The notes under the pieces were generated by a model. That model was not told where the DNA came from. It made no database searches and was given only the letters and a program-made list of their open reading frames with translations. A stretch of DNA of 64,000 bases, from the NCBI GenBank assembly GCA_963771075.1, contig CAVYSE010000025.1, positions 64,001 to 128,000 on the forward strand, given 5' to 3'. Source of the DNA: a candidate division FCPU426 bacterium. GTDB lineage: Bacteria > Oederibacteriota > Muellerivitia > Muellerivitales > Muellerivitaceae. The position numbers and the translations under genes were made by a program. Every line of letters begins with the position of its first letter. Positions within the stretch are counted from its first letter, which is position 1. Positions 8,185 to 19,189 of this stretch are shown piece by piece.

Positions 8185-10464
8185 TTGAATCCTTTCAAAA
8201 CATCTACCGTGGTTTCCCGACCCGAAAGTTCTCGATACCTTTCCCCACCATTTCTCTTGTTATATCTCTGCTTGAGTCTCGCGGCTTATTTCCAATGTTT
8301 AATCTTGGGGGGCACTTTTTTCGACGGGGATCTGTTGCGGAATACGGCGATATTCTGGCCTTTCCTGAAAGAAGCCCTCGCCAAAGGTACCATCCCACTT
8401 TGGAACCCATTCCTTCTCGCGGGCCAGCCCTTTTGGTCCGACCCGGATTTCGGTTCTTCCTATCCGCTCCTCTATCCTTTTCTTTTTTTCCCCATTCATT
8501 ACGGCCTTGCTTTGTTTTTATCTTTCCACCTTTTCTTGGCGATGGCGGGGACCCATGTTTGGGCACGAAAAATGGGGCTCTCAGCTTTCGCCGGTTTCTG
8601 GACCACACTTTCATTCACTTTTTGCGGACTATTCACCATGGAGATTTGTTATCCGACCATCTTCTCCGCCCTTTCCTGGCTTCCCTGGTTTCTGGCATGC
8701 CTGGAAACACACGTCCAAACCCGGGATTCTCGTTCAGCACGTAATGCCGGCTTCGCCCTCTCGCTGTTAACTCTAGCCGGCAGCCCTCAAATTTTTCTGG
8801 GCGCCGTCTACCTTGGATTCTTTTATTTTCTTTCCCGAGGCGGTTTTGCGGGTCAAATAAATAACGGGCCGGTTTCCTTCCGGGGAATGACGCGATCTTT
8901 TGTTTCTTTTCTTTGGGGTTTCACTCCGGGGCTGCTGGCCTGGATTCCCTTTTATGATTTCGCAAGGTTTTCCGACCGAATGTTGAGCAAACCCGACTAT
9001 GTAAGTTTCACCGGTTTGTCGCTCTCTCCCGGTGACTGGTATCGGTTCATGTTTCCGTTACGTCCAGTGGGTTTCGCGCTCAACGGGTCGCTTCCTGAAA
9101 AGGCCATTTTTTCCACCGAAACATATCTCGGTCTTTGGGTGCCCTTTTTCGCGTTGCTGGGACTATTTTCACCGGGTCAAAAACGCTTTAAGTTTATGAC
9201 CGCCCTGTTCTCCTTGTTCTTCTACTTGATCGCCTTTGGGGGAAACCTGCCGTTACACCCCTGGCTTTTTTCCAATGTTCCCGGTTTCGGGCTCCTTAGG
9301 GGACCCTTCCGGTTCGTCTTTATTTATCAGATCCTCACTTGCCTGCTCGCGGGACTGGGTTTTGAGTATTGGATCAAGCGTCCAGCGACTTCCAAAGGGG
9401 ATTCAAGAATTTGGAAGGCTATCGCATACCTGGCCTTTCTATGGGTTGGAGCATTTTGTTCCCGCTGGAATGAACCCGTGCTTTTGGGCCTGGCATCCAT
9501 TGCGGGTTTGGGACTGGTGGTTCTTGAACTGTTTCCCGGTAAACCGCGATGGGGCCTGGGGATCTTCTTTCTTGCCGTCCTAGCGGGCTCCCTGGTGGGA
9601 ACCTGGGATTTCCGTTCTTCCCGGCTGGGCGCCCAGGATGCCTTGGACATCCAAAAAGTCGCACCTTATTACCAACAGGTAGCGGAACAGATCGACGGAT
9701 CTCGTTTTTTTCAAGGGGATCATATTCCTTTTGCAGTGGAAACGGAAAAAAGTGTGATTCGAGAGGAACTACCGGCCAATGCGCCCTGTCTTTTCCACCT
9801 GAAGAACGCGGGAGGATACCGGCCCCTGAGTTTATTGGCGCGTGGACAACTTTACACGACTCCCTTCCCCACCTTTCTTCGGCTGATGGCGATCCAGGGA
9901 TTCGCCACCGGCAATGAAAAAGGAATGGTTCCCGGTTTTAACAGGCAGGCCTGGGGACCCGTCTTTTTTTATACCGCCCAAGAACCCCACCCGATGGTTT
10001 ATGCACCCCGACAATGGAGTGTCGTATCCGATTCAAGCCTTCGCCTGGCTCAAATGGGCGAAAAGGGATTTAATCCCTACGAACTATCCATCCTGAGCGA
10101 AGACCCGGGCAAGCCCGCGCCATTGGGTCATTCAAACACAATGGAATCGGTCCGGCTGATTGAGGAAAAGTTAGATCACCAGATTTTTCGAATCCGATTG
10201 ACGGCCCCAAGCTTGGTGGTTTTTTCCGAATCCAATTTTCCCGGCTGGAAAGCTTCACTGGACGGGGCTCCGGCCAATCTCCTCACCGCCAATCACCTCT
10301 TCCGGGGCCTATTCATCCCGGAGGGGGATCACGAGGTGCGTTTTGCGTTCCAACCCGTTTGGATGCGGCTGATGGTTTTTCTTTTCATGATTTGGCTGGT
10401 CATGGTGGTAATGTTTGTTTCCCCGATCTCAACAAAAATCCATCAATACAAAAACGAGACTTGA
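8185..10464 (+). CDS. YfhO-family membrane protein (GT-C-like)
   Basis: GTIPLWNPFLLAGQP, YP, many TM, C-terminal FPGWKASLDG...G.HEVRF. Confidence 0.85.
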   Translation: MNPFKTSTVVSRPESSRYLSPPFLLLYLCLSLAAYFQCLILGGTFFDGDLLRNTAIFWPFLKEALAKGTIPLWNPFLLAGQPFWSDPDFGSSYPLLYPFLFFPIHYGLALFLSFHLFLAMAGTHVWARKMGLSAFAGFWTTLSFTFCGLFTMEICYPTIFSALSWLPWFLACLETHVQTRDSRSARNAGFALSLLTLAGSPQIFLGAVYLGFFYFLSRGGFAGQINNGPVSFRGMTRSFVSFLWGFTPGLLAWIPFYDFARFSDRMLSKPDYVSFTGLSLSPGDWYRFMFPLRPVGFALNGSLPEKAIFSTETYLGLWVPFFALLGLFSPGQKRFKFMTALFSLFFYLIAFGGNLPLHPWLFSNVPGFGLLRGPFRFVFIYQILTCLLAGLGFEYWIKRPATSKGDSRIWKAIAYLAFLWVGAFCSRWNEPVLLGLASIAGLGLVVLELFPGKPRWGLGIFFLAVLAGSLVGTWDFRSSRLGAQDALDIQKVAPYYQQVAEQIDGSRFFQGDHIPFAVETEKSVIREELPANAPCLFHLKNAGGYRPLSLLARGQLYTTPFPTFLRLMAIQGFATGNEKGMVPGFNRQAWGPVFFYTAQEPHPMVYAPRQWSVVSDSSLRLAQMGEKGFNPYELSILSEDPGKPAPLGHSNTMESVRLIEEKLDHQIFRIRLTAPSLVVFSESNFPGWKASLDGAPANLLTANHLFRGLFIPEGDHEVRFAFQPVWMRLMVFLFMIWLVMVVMFVSPISTKIHQYKNET

Positions 10465-10475
10465 CTGGCGCGGGC

Positions 10476-12133
10476 TTAGAACGATTCCTTCCCCCCGGCC
10501 TTTTTCGTTATCAACTGGAATACATCAAAATACCCATGAAACACTTGCTTGCGGACAACCTGGGACCTACCCCTTTTTGCAAAATAGTCTTCCAATGGAC
10601 CGGGCGGGTCGCTGATCAGCCAAAAAATGTCCGGTCGATCCACCGTATCTTTCAGAAAATCACGGATATGGAACTGAGCGAGTCGCTCATCGCCATAGGG
10701 GGTTTTCTCAAACCACCACATCCAAAGGGCCCGGAAATCCTTCATACTGTCATCCGATTCAAAAATGGGGAACCCCGAAAAAGGGAAAGAGGATCCTGTG
10801 ATGATAAAAAGTTGATCCTGCCGGGGGGATAGGGCCTTCATGGAATCGAGAATGGCTTGACGCACTTGCGGGCCTGGCCGATTGCTCAAATAATCCGCCG
10901 AAAGGGTTCGGGAAGCGAAAAAAAACAATAAAAGAACGAGAGCCAACTTGAGTGATCTTCGGTCGAATGGGGCGGCTAGCGGGATCCCCTTTGCGGGAAG
11001 AAGAAACAATAATATGAGAATGGACAAGAATATCTGGGGCCAGAAAACCCGGGCCACGATCTTGTTTAAACAAAGCAGAAGGATATCCAAGAACAACGCC
11101 CAAACAACCGGCCCCCAGGAACCGCCTCCACCGATTCCATTCAGCGCCACGCAAACAAGCAAGCCCACCAGGAGAAATTGAACGACATTGTTTTGGGATA
11201 AACCCATGATCAAGTCCCATTTGACCCCGGGGTCCGCCGGGAGGAGGTCATCCAATCTTTTGAGGTTTTCTAAGCTAAAAGAAGGATTTTCGTAAAACCC
11301 CTTGATAAAAACCTGGTAGTCCTCCGGCGCCCAACCCACTGAGCGAAATGCCTTTTCTTGACGATCGAATTGGGTGATTTTCACTTCGCCGATGGAAAAA
11401 CGCTTATCGTAATATTCCCGGGCTTCCTTCCATCCGTCGTGGGAGGAAACATAGGATCGGTCAAAACCTACGCAGAGCAAGATGAGCAGGGCGGTGACAG
11501 AAAGAACGGCGAGCCGCTTTCGCTCCCCCCCGTTTCCCGGTCCTGGCGGAAAGCTTGATACAGGTAAAAGGATGAGGCCGCTATTGAAAAAAGGGAGGGT
11601 TCCAGGCGGATCAAGGAGGCACCAAAAATCAGAAAAGAAGCTAGTCCCAAGACGATAGGGCGGGGCCGACAGGGATTGGCCAAGAGGAAAATACCCGCCT
11701 GAACCGCCAGGAAACAATAAACCGTATATTGAGGCCAGGCATAGCAATGAAAAAAAACGGGTGTCCCGACGGCGAAAAAAACATATATCGCCCAGGGAGA
11801 CCTTTCTCTCGAAAAAAAAGCGGCCCCCAGGGCCCAGACGGAAATAAAAAAAAAGGAATACAACCCCCATCCATACCATGAAATATGGGGCAAAATCAGG
11901 TTCAGGTTTTTCAAAATGATCCCCAACAGCACATTCACGACGATGAGAAACTCGGAAGGCCGATCCACTAGCACGATTCCGCGGGTGATCCAATTCATCG
12001 CCATGTCATCGCTGGTTTGGAAAAAAGGCGTGAAAAACAACCACCCCAGGAAGAAATAGATGCAGGTAATGCCGAGGGAAGCCAAAAAGGGCCGCCGAAA
12101 GGGGAAAAGGAGGAGGGATTCTTTTTCTTCCAT
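10476..12133 (-). CDS. Polytopic membrane protein (GT-C-like), frameshifted in the C7 run at about 11525-11531
   Basis: N-terminal TSDD motif after first TM in ORF 11468-12169; plausible continuation (ERKRLAVLSV...) in ORF 10476-11993. Confidence 0.6.
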
Positions 12134-12296
12134 AGGGAAATTATAACCGTCCCGCAGAAAAAGAGTCACTTTCAGCCTTTCCCGCGTCTGGAAATTAATT
12201 TGACGACAGCCGTTTCAACTTTGAATTAAACTGAATTCTCAAAGCCGGGCTCTGCCGCGGCGTTGAAACGAATCAATTTCATCCAAAGGCTCTCCC

Positions 12297-13442
12297 TTGT
12301 CCACCGTCCCGGCGAAAGACCATTTCCAAATCGTCGATTTGACCCGCACTTTCGCCATCCTCACCGTCATGGCCCTCCATTTGAAACCCACCCTCTATCT
12401 TTCCAAGGAACCTTGGTTCCAGCGTTTTTGGCAGGCTTTTCAGCAAAATGGCATTTATGGCGTCATTATTTTTTTCGTGGTTTCCGGCTTCCTGATCACC
12501 CGCGTCTTAGCCGCGCGATCGCCCTCGCTCTTTCAAGCACGTTTCCCGGTTTTTTACGTCCAGCGCATCGGCCGAATCTTCCCCCTCTATTTCCTCGTGA
12601 TTTTCACCGGGGTTTGTGTCCTCTTGTTTTGTCCAGGGGGTTCCCGGAGTTTTTTATACTGTTTTGGAGACCCCCAGGTTCTCACCCATCCCCTCTTTTC
12701 ACTTTGCCTGGTCACCTTTAATTTCAACTGGTGGAGCGCCACTTCGGGAATTTCCCTCGCGGTTTTTTTTAGCGTACTGTGGTCCCTTTCCGTGGAGGAG
12801 CAATTTTACCTGGGCTATCCCTGGCTCCTTAAAAAGCTTGGCAACCTGCGGAATCTTCTATGGTGTTTGGGCGCGATGGTGGCCTTGGCGGTCACTTGGA
12901 GAGCGTTCATTTATCGCTTCGCCCGGAATGATTTCGGTTTAAGCACCCGCTTCACCTTCGGCGTCCTGGACTCTTTCGCCATAGGCATTTTATTGTTTGT
13001 CGTTTCGAACCTTTACGATCCCTGGCTGCGGGAGAGGAAAAACACCTGTCGCTTGATCTGCCTGGGCGGCTTGCTTTTGATTACGCTTATTTATTTTGGT
13101 TCCTTCGCCCTGGAAGGTACCAACTTGGTCTTTGCGCCCACCCTGATTTCCATGGGGGTTTTCGGCTTTCTCCTGGGAGGGCGGCATCTTCCTCTCTTGG
13201 AGTCGCCCTTCCTACGGTGCCTTTCCTGGCCCGGCAAGTACTGTTACGGCAATTACTTGTTTCACGGGGCCGTCCTTTATTTGTTGCACCCCGTCCTCGT
13301 CAAGCTCCATACCGCGCTAGCGTTTTTTCTGTTTGTGGGGATCACCACCTGCCTAGCCGCCCTCTCTTACCGATTCTTTGAGGCACCGGCGAACCGGTGG
13401 ATCCGCGAAAAATTATTATTTTTAAAAAATAACACCGTATGA
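12297..13442 (+). CDS. Acyltransferase family 3 (OafA/OatA-like)
   Basis: D..R..AIL.V..H, GVIIFFVVSGFLIT, R..RIFPLY, WSLSVEEQFY, SYRFFE. Confidence 0.92.
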   Translation: MSTVPAKDHFQIVDLTRTFAILTVMALHLKPTLYLSKEPWFQRFWQAFQQNGIYGVIIFFVVSGFLITRVLAARSPSLFQARFPVFYVQRIGRIFPLYFLVIFTGVCVLLFCPGGSRSFLYCFGDPQVLTHPLFSLCLVTFNFNWWSATSGISLAVFFSVLWSLSVEEQFYLGYPWLLKKLGNLRNLLWCLGAMVALAVTWRAFIYRFARNDFGLSTRFTFGVLDSFAIGILLFVVSNLYDPWLRERKNTCRLICLGGLLLITLIYFGSFALEGTNLVFAPTLISMGVFGFLLGGRHLPLLESPFLRCLSWPGKYCYGNYLFHGAVLYLLHPVLVKLHTALAFFLFVGITTCLAALSYRFFEAPANRWIREKLLFLKNNTV

Positions 13443-14923
13443 CCCAAAATCTTTCCAAAGCGCCAAGTCCATGGCGATGGATATTGGGAATGGTCATCCT
13501 CGTATCCCATTCCTCCGCGTGGTGCGATTCCTTGGAAGGGACCTGGCAGGGTCGGTTGGATCTGGGCTTGGCCAAGTTTCGGGTGGCCCTTGCGATACAA
13601 ATGGATTCACTTGGGAAAACCCGTGTTTTCTTCAACAACATCGACGACGGCATTTATGACGAACCCGCCGTTATCATTGATGATTCGGATCCCTTGCTGA
13701 AAATCAGGCTGGAGAAGAGTCAAATTTTGATCCTTGGATTTAAAAGCAATAAGCAATATTTATCCGGAACCTATCTCCAAGCGAATGGAAATTTCGAGAA
13801 GGAGGGGCTGGCCTCCCCTTTAACCTTGAGGGCCGGGAAGGATTACCTGTTTCCCAGGTTGGACAGCCGGGGAAATCCCCAAACCGGGTATACCTACCAG
13901 GCGCCCGTTGCGGTGGGAGATGGCTGGAAGATTGGGGATCTATCCGCAAAAGGCGCATTACTTTTCGAATCAGGTATTAAGAAGATTTTGGATGGGACCT
14001 TCCCTCACATCCACGGTGTTGCTGTGGCCCAAGGTGGACGGCTTTTGGCGGATGAGACATTTTACGGATATTCCTCACCGGATCCCCACCCGGTTCAATC
14101 CATCACCAAATCCGTTTTTTCCCTTCTATTCGGAATTGCCCGGGACAAAGGCTTAATTCAAACCAATCAAAAACTATTTGATTATTTTCCCGAGTACCTG
14201 TCCCAAAAAAGATGGGATCCCAGAAAGAACCAAATCACCCTGGAGCATCTGTTGACCATGTCCTCCGGTTTTGATTGTTCCGATTGGAATGATGCGCAAG
14301 ATTGTTCTTGGGGCATGGTAAAGTCGAATGATTGGCAGGACTTCGCCCTGTCCAAACCCTTGGTCCAGAACCCCGGGACCCAATTTGCCTACTGTGGAAC
14401 CTGCCTCTTGCCGCTCTCGGTAATTCTCGATAAGGTCAGCGGATTGAGCGTTCCTGAGTTTGCCCAGAAATATCTTTTTGATCCGCTGGATATCCATTCG
14501 GCCCAATGGGTCAACGCGCCTTCCGCCGGTACCACCGTCGTGCCCGTTTCTTTCGGCCTTTCTATGACACCGAGGGACCTTGCCAAAATCGGTCTCTTGG
14601 TCTTGCAGAAGGGTCTATGGAGCGGAAAACAGATCGTGTCGGAGGATTGGATCAAGCAATCCACTTCGCTTCAAGTTCCCCGTAACCAAACGAACAAAAA
14701 ATATGATTATGGCTATTTATGGTGGGAAACCGAGATGCCCGCCGGGGACAAGATGGTTAAAATCATCATGGGTTGGGGTGCGGGAGGCAATTATCTCTTC
14801 ATTGTGCCGGAGAAGGACCTGGTCTGCGTCGTCACCGCCGGGAATTACGGCGATTCAAAGACGGCCCAGGTTTCCCTGAAGTTGTTCCAGGATTACGTCC
14901 TGCCAGCCTTTTCCATGCCTTAA
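13439..14923 (+). CDS. Secreted serine hydrolase, beta-lactamase/AmpC-like fold
   Basis: QSITKS (SxxK), LLTMSSG, PG..FAY, YGYLWW, G.GG. Confidence 0.88.
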   Translation: MTQNLSKAPSPWRWILGMVILVSHSSAWCDSLEGTWQGRLDLGLAKFRVALAIQMDSLGKTRVFFNNIDDGIYDEPAVIIDDSDPLLKIRLEKSQILILGFKSNKQYLSGTYLQANGNFEKEGLASPLTLRAGKDYLFPRLDSRGNPQTGYTYQAPVAVGDGWKIGDLSAKGALLFESGIKKILDGTFPHIHGVAVAQGGRLLADETFYGYSSPDPHPVQSITKSVFSLLFGIARDKGLIQTNQKLFDYFPEYLSQKRWDPRKNQITLEHLLTMSSGFDCSDWNDAQDCSWGMVKSNDWQDFALSKPLVQNPGTQFAYCGTCLLPLSVILDKVSGLSVPEFAQKYLFDPLDIHSAQWVNAPSAGTTVVPVSFGLSMTPRDLAKIGLLVLQKGLWSGKQIVSEDWIKQSTSLQVPRNQTNKKYDYGYLWWETEMPAGDKMVKIIMGWGAGGNYLFIVPEKDLVCVVTAGNYGDSKTAQVSLKLFQDYVLPAFSMP

Positions 14924-14949
14924 ATGCAGTCCCCTTGGGGCAATCGGTC

Positions 14950-15252
14950 TTAACCCATAACCTCGGGAAGGGATTTCACTTTTTCCGGGCCGGGTTTCGC
15001 CCACCGCTTGAGCGAATAGACATTATCCGCCAGCTTCACCGTCAGGAACCTTGGGAAATGCAACTCAGTCATCTTGATTCGGATGATCTCGTGCATTTTT
15101 TCCACCGTCATTTCCGAATCCGTAAAACCCCCTAATTGATAACAACGGCGGCAGTAGGTTTCCGTAATGACGCCGTTTCTTTCCCTTCCCTTATCCGAGT
15201 CTTTCCTCAAGGGCGAGCCACAGCTTTGACAAACCGTTTTCGATTTAAACAT
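14950..15252 (-). CDS. Zinc-ribbon domain protein
   Basis: CQSCG.P...YCRRCY..G.F...LKRW. Confidence 0.85.
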   Translation of the reverse strand: MFKSKTVCQSCGSPLRKDSDKGRERNGVITETYCRRCYQLGGFTDSEMTVEKMHEIIRIKMTELHFPRFLTVKLADNVYSLKRWAKPGPEKVKSLPEVMG

Positions 15253-15395
15253 GGAATCAACCTTTCAGGACTTAACCGGCGGGCGAGGAGAACCTTGTGG
15301 GACCAAAGTGGCTCGTGTCGAATAGGTCCATTTCACTATAGGCTTTATCCCCAGGAAAAGCAGGGTTAAGACGCAAATAGTTGAAAAATAGATGC

Positions 15396-15414
15396 CCACG
15401 GGCAGAGCCCGTGG
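15396..15414. repeat. REP-like GC hairpin downstream of polA
   Basis: CCACGGGC-AGA-GCCCGTGG perfect 8-bp stem, no adjacent T-run. Confidence 0.5.
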
Positions 15415-15482
15415 AACTCAAAGCTGGCGATTAGAACAGCCTTCGGACCTTAGAGCATCAGGAATTCTTATTCGGTTTTCTG

Positions 15483-18287
15483 TCAATGCGCCTCGAGCCA
15501 GTTCTTCCCCACGCCCACGTCCACCTTCAGGGGCACCTTGAGTTTCATGGCCCCTTCCATTTCCTTCACGATAATCTTTTTCACGTCCTCGACCTCTCCC
15601 TTGGGGGCTTCGAAGACCAGCTCGTCGTGCACCTGCAGAAGCATGGCGGTTTCCATCTTCTTCTGCTTCAACTTGGCGTGCAGGCGCACCATGGCGATCT
15701 TGATCAGGTCGGCGGCGGAACCCTGAATGGGGGTATTGACCGCCATGTGCTCAGCGGCGACCCTGAGCCCGGGGTTGGTGGAAAGAATTTCCGGCAAAAG
15801 GCGCTTGCGGCCCAGGATAGTGGAGACATAACCCTTTTCCTTCGCCGTTTCCACGCATTCGGTGGTGAACTTCTGGATGCCCGGGTACTTGGCCAGGTAA
15901 TCCTCGATGAACTTCTTGGCTTCCACCATGGAAACCCCGTTTTCCCTGGCCAAGCGCTGGGGGCCCATGCCATAAATGACCCCGAAATTGATGGTCTTGG
16001 CCTGGCCGCGCTGGGTGGAAGTGACCTGGTCCATGGCCACCCCGAAGATGAGGGATGCCGTGCGGCGGTGGACGTCCTCGTCCTTCTCGAAGGTCTCGAT
16101 CAGGTTCGGGTCGCCCGTGATGTGGGCGAGGACCCTTAGCTCGATCTGGGAATAGTCGGCGGAAATCAGCACATGCTTGGAATCCTTGGCCACGAAGGCC
16201 CCCCGGATGCGCCGCCCGAATTCGGAGCGAATGGGGATATTCTGCAGGTTCGGGTCGTTGGAACTAAGCCTTCCCGTGGCCGCCACCGCCTGGCTGTAGG
16301 AGGTGTGGATGCGGCCGTCCTTGGCGTTCGCCATTTGGGGCAGGACGTCGAGATAGGTGTTCTTGAGCTTGGAAAGCTGGCGGTATTCCAGCATCATGTC
16401 CGCGATAGGAACACCCTTGAGGGCCTCCAGCACATCCACGTCGGTGGCGTAGCCCGTCTTGGTCTTCTTGACCCGGGTTCCCCCGATTTTTTGTACCTGC
16501 ATCTTCTCAAATAGGATCTTTCCCAATTGCAGGGGGGAGCCGATATTGAACTCTTCCCCCGCTTCTTTGTAGATCTTCTTGGTGAGTTTTTTCAGCTCCA
16601 CATCCGCCTCGGCGGAAAGGTCCCCCAATAGCTTGGCATCAATAGCAATGCCCGAACGTTCCATGTCCTCCAGCACCATCACCAGGGGCAGTTCCACTTC
16701 TTCATACAACTTCTGCAGGCCTTCCTTTTTCAGGCGAGGGGCGAAGAGGTTGTGCGCGCGCAGGGTGAAGTCCACGTCCTCGCAGGCGTATTGGGTGATG
16801 TCCTCCAGGGGCACCTGGTCCATGGTGATCTCATTTTTGCCCTTGCCGATGAGGGCCTCGGTGGGAATCTTGGTGTAGTTGAAGTGTTTCAGGGCGATGG
16901 CGTCCAGGTTGTGCTGGCGGTAGGAGGAATCCAGCAGGAAGCTCTCGAGCATGGTGTCGAAGGCGAACCCTTTGGGCTCGATGCCGTGGCTCTTGAAGAC
17001 CGCCCAGTCGTACTTGCTGTTTTGGCCGCCCTTGGGGATCTTCGGGTTTTCCAAAAAGGACTTAAGGAGCTTGACGACCTTTTCCTTACTCAGTTCCTGG
17101 TTGAAGGGGATGAAGACAGCTTCCTTCTCTTTCCAGCAAAGGGATGCGCCCACGATATCCACCGTCAAGGGGTCGAGCCCCGTGGTTTCGGTGTCCACGG
17201 CCACCACATCGGCCTTGGCCGCGGCCGCCAGCGCCTTCTCAATTTCCTCCTCAGTCAAGAGGCTCTTGTACTTGTCCGATACGCGCTTCAACTGGGTCGC
17301 GGCAGGTTCGGTTGCCTCCTCTTTTTCCTTTTTTGTTTTTTTGGCTTTATTCCCCTTCTCAGTGGGTTCGGAGGGGCTCTCCAGGACTAGGTCGACCGTC
17401 CCGAACTGGGAGGCGTATTCCTCCACACGGGACATCATCCTGTTGAATTCCAATTCCTGGCAAAGCTCGTGAAGCGCCTTCATGTCGGGTTTTCCAAGAA
17501 CCAGGTCCTTGGGATTGTCGGGAATCGGCGAGTCGCAATCAATGGTCACCAGTTGCTTGGAAAGGTCGGCCATGGCCCGGTTCTTCAGGAGGGATTCCTT
17601 TAGCTTGGGCTTTTCGATTTTCTCGACGTTTTTGAAGAGGTTCTCCATGGTCCCGTATTCCTGGATAAGGGTGGTGGCGGTCTTTTCACCGATGCCCGGC
17701 ACTCCCGGCACGTTGTCCGAGGCGTCGCCCATGAGGGCCAGCACGTCGATGACCTGGTCCGGTTTCACTCCGAATTTTTCCATCACGTCCTTCTCGTCCG
17801 CCATCGACCAGTCGTTCGGCCATTTGGGCTTAAACATCTTCACGTCCGGCCCGATCAATTGCATGAAATCCTTGTCGCCCGATACGATCACGCTTTCGAT
17901 CTTTTCCTTTTTGGCCCGGTGCACCATGGTGCCGATCAGGTCGTCCGCCTCAAAGCCCGGCTTAACCAATAGGGGCAGGTTCAAGGCCTTGACCATCTTG
18001 AAAATGTAAGGGAAGCCGTTGGCAAGATCTTCGGGCATTTCCTCCCGGTTGGCCTTGTATTCCTTATACATTTTGTGCCGGAAGGTAGGCTCCTTAGAAT
18101 CAAACACGACCGCGAAATAATCGGGTTTTTGTTTTCGCAGTATCATCAACAGGGTGTCCACGAAACCGTAGACCGCCGAGGTGTCGAAACCCTTCGATGT
18201 CTTGCGAGGGTTCTTGATGAAGGCGAAATGGGCCCGGTAGGCCATCGCGGCTCCGTCCAAAAGGAACAACCGGGGTTTGGCGGCCAT
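15483..18287 (-). CDS. polA: DNA polymerase I
   Basis: 5'-3' exo (LLDG...YRAHF), 3'-5' exo DTETTG, ADYSQIELR, KTINFGVIYG, QVHDEL; start set at MAAKPR after AAAGG. Confidence 0.97.
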   Translation of the reverse strand: MAAKPRLFLLDGAAMAYRAHFAFIKNPRKTSKGFDTSAVYGFVDTLLMILRKQKPDYFAVVFDSKEPTFRHKMYKEYKANREEMPEDLANGFPYIFKMVKALNLPLLVKPGFEADDLIGTMVHRAKKEKIESVIVSGDKDFMQLIGPDVKMFKPKWPNDWSMADEKDVMEKFGVKPDQVIDVLALMGDASDNVPGVPGIGEKTATTLIQEYGTMENLFKNVEKIEKPKLKESLLKNRAMADLSKQLVTIDCDSPIPDNPKDLVLGKPDMKALHELCQELEFNRMMSRVEEYASQFGTVDLVLESPSEPTEKGNKAKKTKKEKEEATEPAATQLKRVSDKYKSLLTEEEIEKALAAAAKADVVAVDTETTGLDPLTVDIVGASLCWKEKEAVFIPFNQELSKEKVVKLLKSFLENPKIPKGGQNSKYDWAVFKSHGIEPKGFAFDTMLESFLLDSSYRQHNLDAIALKHFNYTKIPTEALIGKGKNEITMDQVPLEDITQYACEDVDFTLRAHNLFAPRLKKEGLQKLYEEVELPLVMVLEDMERSGIAIDAKLLGDLSAEADVELKKLTKKIYKEAGEEFNIGSPLQLGKILFEKMQVQKIGGTRVKKTKTGYATDVDVLEALKGVPIADMMLEYRQLSKLKNTYLDVLPQMANAKDGRIHTSYSQAVAATGRLSSNDPNLQNIPIRSEFGRRIRGAFVAKDSKHVLISADYSQIELRVLAHITGDPNLIETFEKDEDVHRRTASLIFGVAMDQVTSTQRGQAKTINFGVIYGMGPQRLARENGVSMVEAKKFIEDYLAKYPGIQKFTTECVETAKEKGYVSTILGRKRLLPEILSTNPGLRVAAEHMAVNTPIQGSAADLIKIAMVRLHAKLKQKKMETAMLLQVHDELVFEAPKGEVEDVKKIIVKEMEGAMKLKVPLKVDVGVGKNWLEAH

Positions 18288-18402
18288 GGTCCTGCCTTTC
18301 GAAAAAATATTAAACTCACATCCAACGCATTCCACCCTTCCATTCAACATTGAGGGAGGGTGGTTTAGACCCGAATTCTCGGGTCTCCGGGTCCACAAGG
18401 GA

Positions 18403-18516
18403 ACGAAGCCACGAAGGCGCCAAGAAAGGCGATATTTTAGGAAACCAAGGCTCAGAAAACACGCCAGCGTTTTATAAATCTAAAGGTTTAAATCCAATCT
18501 CCCTTTGTGACTTCGT
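18403..18516. repeat. Octamer-arm intergenic palindromic element
   Basis: ACGAAGCCACGAAGG ... CCTTTGTGACTTCGT (13/15 inverted match), AT-rich spacer. Confidence 0.6.
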
Positions 18517-18529
18517 GTTGGCGGTAGGT

Positions 18530-19069
18530 TTAAAATTTTTTCACGAAGGGAACGGAATAAATTTCTTTAACCGGGTGGTATTCCGCCAGGGCCAAGCGGC
18601 TGTAACAGCCCTTCTGAGCGTAAGGCGTCTTCTGGAGGAAATCAAAGGCCTGGTTCAATTCTTTTTGCGTGAGCCCCATCCCCAGGGTACAATGGGGCAC
18701 CCATCGTCCCGGAAGGTAATAGGCAAGGGCTCCTTTCGCGAGGCCTTTTAATGAAAGATGGAGAAGACCATGCAGTTTTAATAGGACGGGCGTGACCACC
18801 GGGGCTAGAAAGAGAGCCCTTTCCTTTCCCGGGAAATTTCCCAAGCTGGAAAGTTCAAAGGGGATCGGGTTAAAACGTCGAGCCAATCGGGCCAATCGGG
18901 GGATGACCCTTGCAGAATTGAATTGCTCGAACACCGCCAGGGTTACGTGGGGGCTGGTGCCCGCGGCCTTGAGGATGGTGGGTATCTTCCTTTTCTCGAG
19001 TTGAAGGCCCAGCCTGCGAACGGACCTGTCGGTTTGCGGGTCAAATAAAAGCTCAATGGCAAAAGGCAT
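18530..19069 (-). CDS. 2H phosphoesterase (2'-5' RNA ligase family)
   Basis: Two HxT motifs: PHVTL and WVPHCTL. Confidence 0.88.
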   Translation of the reverse strand: MPFAIELLFDPQTDRSVRRLGLQLEKRKIPTILKAAGTSPHVTLAVFEQFNSARVIPRLARLARRFNPIPFELSSLGNFPGKERALFLAPVVTPVLLKLHGLLHLSLKGLAKGALAYYLPGRWVPHCTLGMGLTQKELNQAFDFLQKTPYAQKGCYSRLALAEYHPVKEIYSVPFVKKF

Positions 19070-19081
19070 AGGGGTTTCTCC

Positions 19082-19121
19082 AAAAAAAAGGCCCCTTTTG
19101 GAATGATCCAAAAGGGGCCTT
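19082..19121 (-). terminator. Intrinsic terminator
   Basis: AAGGCCCCTTTTGG/CCAAAAGGGGCCTT stem followed by T-run on minus strand. Confidence 0.8.
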
Positions 19122-19189
19122 CACTATATCAAAAACTGACGGGTTCGGGCAGGAACCCTAAAAACGTTTTTTGCCAGGCCTAAAAAAAA

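Noticed and set aside
13439..14923. Antibiotic-resistance beta-lactamase
   Set aside because: SxxK fold only; lacks class C YxN/KTG motifs and looks like the esterase/amidase branch
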